A stretch of DNA of 64,000 nt. Origin: Chiloscyllium plagiosum. Lineage: Eukaryota. Both the position numbers and the translations under genes were made by a program. The notes beneath the pieces are model-generated. The model saw nothing but the letters and a program-made list of their open reading frames with translations, was not told the origin of the DNA and searched no databases. How positions within the stretch are numbered: position 1 is the first letter of the stretch; each line of letters starts with the position of its first letter. Shown here piece after piece: positions 60,989 to 64,000 of this stretch. The stretch lies in assembly GCF_004010195.1 (NCBI RefSeq), contig NC_057750.1, positions 5,480,595 through 5,544,594 of the forward strand. Direction: 5' to 3'.

Positions 60989-62899
60989 GGTGCAACACCA
61001 TAAAAAATGCTGTATGAATTTGGAAGAACTTACATTCATGTAGCGCCTCAGGGACATCCCAAGATGCTTTACAGCCAATGATGAGCTTTCTGAAGGTTCG
61101 TCCTTGTTGCAATGCAGTAAATGCGGCAGCCAATTTGTACACAGCAAGATCCCACAAAAAGCAACATGGTGAACAACCGCACCATCTGTTTTTGAGGTGG
61201 TGACCAATGGAGGAAGATTGGCCAAGGTATTAACCTGAGAGGAGAGCGCTCCACATCCCCTTCAAGGATCCTTACGTCCAAAAGAGCCTCACTTCCAAGG
61301 AAAAACACGAAAGACTTTACCCTCCCTCAACACTCCCTTCACACTGTCCCGGAACGCCCTGAGGTAAGATTTTGTTTCTTGACCTGAGCCCACAACCTCC
61401 TAACTGAGAAACGAGTGGGTTACCCACTGAACCACAGGTGCGAGCTCTGATTTAGGGAAGCTCCCCCACACTCAGTTTCCCAACTCACTCACAATTCCTC
61501 ATTTTCAAACTTGATCTTTGTTTCTTTCACCAGAGCGAACGATACATACCTCCCCCCACCATCGTGCCCCCACATACACTCGCCCTTTCCTCTCTGATTA
61601 GTCTTTCACCTCGGATATTGCTCCAGTGACCTTTTGAAAGGTCTCAGTTGAAGCTGCCTCCATCACACACTGAGGCAGTAATTTCCAGACCCTAACCATT
61701 CATTGCATGAAAACACTGGACCTCATGTTGCCTTCTATTTGCCAAACAATCAAAGTCAGTGTCCTCTGGCTCTTGTAAGAGCAGATTACTGCAGACACTA
61801 GACTCTGTACTGAAAATAACAAATGCTGGAGATCACAGCAGGTCATGGAGAGAGAGAAAGCTAACGTTTCAAGTCTAGATGAATCTTCCTGCCTATGGTA
61901 GCAATCTCTCCCAGATACTGTACCCGACTCCTCATCAATTATTTTATTCTGTTAATATCATCCCTAAAATGTGTTGTTGCTCTCTCCTAGAGTCCCTACA
62001 GTGTAGAAGTAGGCCATTCAGCCCATCAAGTCCGCATGGACCCTCTGAAGAGCATTTGGCCCATCGTGACTGTGCTGGCTCTCCAAAGGAGCATCGTTAC
62101 CTAGTTCCAAGCTCCTGCTTTTTCCCCGTATCCTAGTGGATCCCCAAATGCTCTCTTGGATGCCTTGATTGGACCTGCCTCCACCCCGCCCATATCCTAA
62201 CCACTCATCGCGTGAAAGCATCTTTCCTCACCTCACGCTTGCTTCTTTTTGCACATCACTCTAAAATAATTTGCACATTACATAGAACATCAAACAATAC
62301 AGCACCGGGACAGGCCCTTTGGCTCATCATATCTATACTGACCATGATGCCATTCTAAACTAATCCCATCTGCCTGCACATGGTCTGTATCCCTTTATTC
62401 CTTGCCTGTTCAGGTGTCCATCTAAATGTGACTTGAACGTTGCTATGGTATCTGCTTCTATCACCTCTCCTGACAGCACGTTCCAGGCACCCACCACGCT
62501 CTGCGTGAAATATTTTCCTCACATACCTCCTTTGTACATTTACCCTCTCACCTTCAACCTCTTTCCTCTAGAGGGATACGGATCTTGTAAGTGAAAACAA
62601 TTTTCGGATGGAAGGGCGAAATGTGTTGGCAAAGGCTTGAAGGGCCTGTCCCTGTGCTGTTTGGTCCTTTGTTCTATATGTGACATTACCACCTTGAGAA
62701 AAGGACTCCGACTATCCAGCCCATCCATTGCCTCTTGTAGTTTTGTAAACTTCCATCAGGTCGTTCTGAATTACTTTCTATCAAATAACTTTCTGAGTTT
62801 CTAATGATGGAAGTAAATAAATATGTAGCAAATCCTGAGAAGGATTTTCCCTGATGGCAGGGAAAATCTTCTGCCTCCTCATTTTGTTTTGCGCTTTTT

Positions 62900-63260
62900 G
62901 GTGGCTGCCGTGATTTGGGGACGTTCCCTTACTTTTCGCCTGGAGGACGATTCAGAGACAGTGCCTGCCCCTTGGGGCGCGGGGGCAGGGCGTCGGTCGT
63001 GATTGTCAGCCGTTCCATCCAATCAAACGTTGGGACGCGGGAGACGATCGGCGGCCAAGTTGTCCAATCAGCTGAAGGGGGGGAAAAAAAAAACACCGGT
63101 CGTGATGGACAGCCGTTGTGTCCAATCAGCTTGTGGATCGTGCGGAAGGTGGTGCCCAATGGGAGGCGGGACTTCCTGTGTGGGCCTACGTGGGCGCAGC
63201 GAAGCCTGAGGCTTGAGTGAGTGAGTGAAGGGCTGAGGGAAGGGCGTCCTTTCGCCGCTG
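62900..63260 (+). promoter_or_regulatory. CpG-island, multi-CCAAT promoter with probable non-coding first exon of a downstream gene
   Basis: Four CCAAT boxes (about 63019, 63064, 63122, 63156), GGAGGCGGG and ACTTCC motifs, then tandem GTGAGT donor-like sites at 63217/63221. Confidence 0.6.
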
Positions 63261-64000
63261 TTGGGCTTCAATGTACCTTTCCTCCCCCTCCGAGGTGGTC
63301 ACCTCTGGGGTTGGGTTTTATTTTGGGGGGGGTTGGTGGGCAGTTCTCTGGATTTGGGGGGAAATGGAGGTTATTAAAGGATCTAGGGCCCCCTGCCTCC
63401 TCCACAAGACCCAGTCTCTCACCCCCCCCCAACACCTTCCCTTCCCCCAAATACTTCTCCATCCTTTTTCTGGGAAGTCCCACCCCAAGGCATGGAGAGG
63501 GGAGGGTAAAAGAGCTGAGTGTGCGATGCCTTCTGCAGTCGAATAGCCTGTCAGTATCTACCTCCCCCCCTCCCCCTGAGCTGGTCACCCATGGGATGGG
63601 GGATGGGGGGGGTAGGTGCAAAAAGAGGAAAATGGAGGAGAGTGTACAAGAGCAGAGTCTGTGATACCTACTGCAGTCGAATAGACCACCACCTCCTGTG
63701 GTACTGGCCTGGGGGACCCTATCCCTTTGAAAAGGCAGAGGCTGGAGGGGAATGTCTAAGGGGGCTGTGTGGGATTCTGAGCGGAGGTGGAGGTGGGAGA
63801 CCAGCCGCTTGTGTCCTGAAGAAGGGTCACTGGATCTGAAACATAGGAGGAACATTTGAGGACTCTGGGTCTATACTCACTGGAGTGTAGAAGGACGAGG
63901 GGGAAATCTAATTGAAACTTAGAGAATACTGAACGGCCTGGACAGAGTGGATGTTGGGAAGATGTTTCCATTGGCTGGAGAGACTAGGACCTGAGAGCAC

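Noticed and set aside
63221-63855. 147-aa and 195-aa ORFs near the right end
   Set aside because: G/C-run low-complexity sequence of a probable first intron; no protein features.

Overview
Vertebrate genomic DNA, almost certainly from a shark or ray (HE1-type tRNA-SINEs, HER1/CR1 LINEs, Penelope-like elements). It carries two complete, convergent spliced genes that I reconstructed exon by exon. CCDC61 lies on the + strand (13 coding exons, 14811-47206, 553 aa, CpG-island promoter near 12.3 kb) and OPA3 on the - strand (2 coding exons, 55607-53259, 155 aa). A third CpG/CCAAT promoter sits near 63.0 kb, and a possible minus-strand coding exon runs off the left edge. Most other ORF-track entries are CR1, SINE or Penelope fragments or noise. 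The most unusual structure is a young 3.5-kb insertion in a CCDC61 intron (37028-40526). It is bounded by a perfect 14-bp target-site duplication and has 138-bp identical inverted Penelope termini, each with a minimal hammerhead-ribozyme motif. Inside are a GIY-YIG endonuclease fragment and about 2.5 kb of unrelated cargo DNA. Many small palindromic Penelope derivatives with the same asymmetric architecture are scattered through the window, including a nested pair downstream of the CCDC61 stop codon. All calls come from reading the sequence; no database searches were run.
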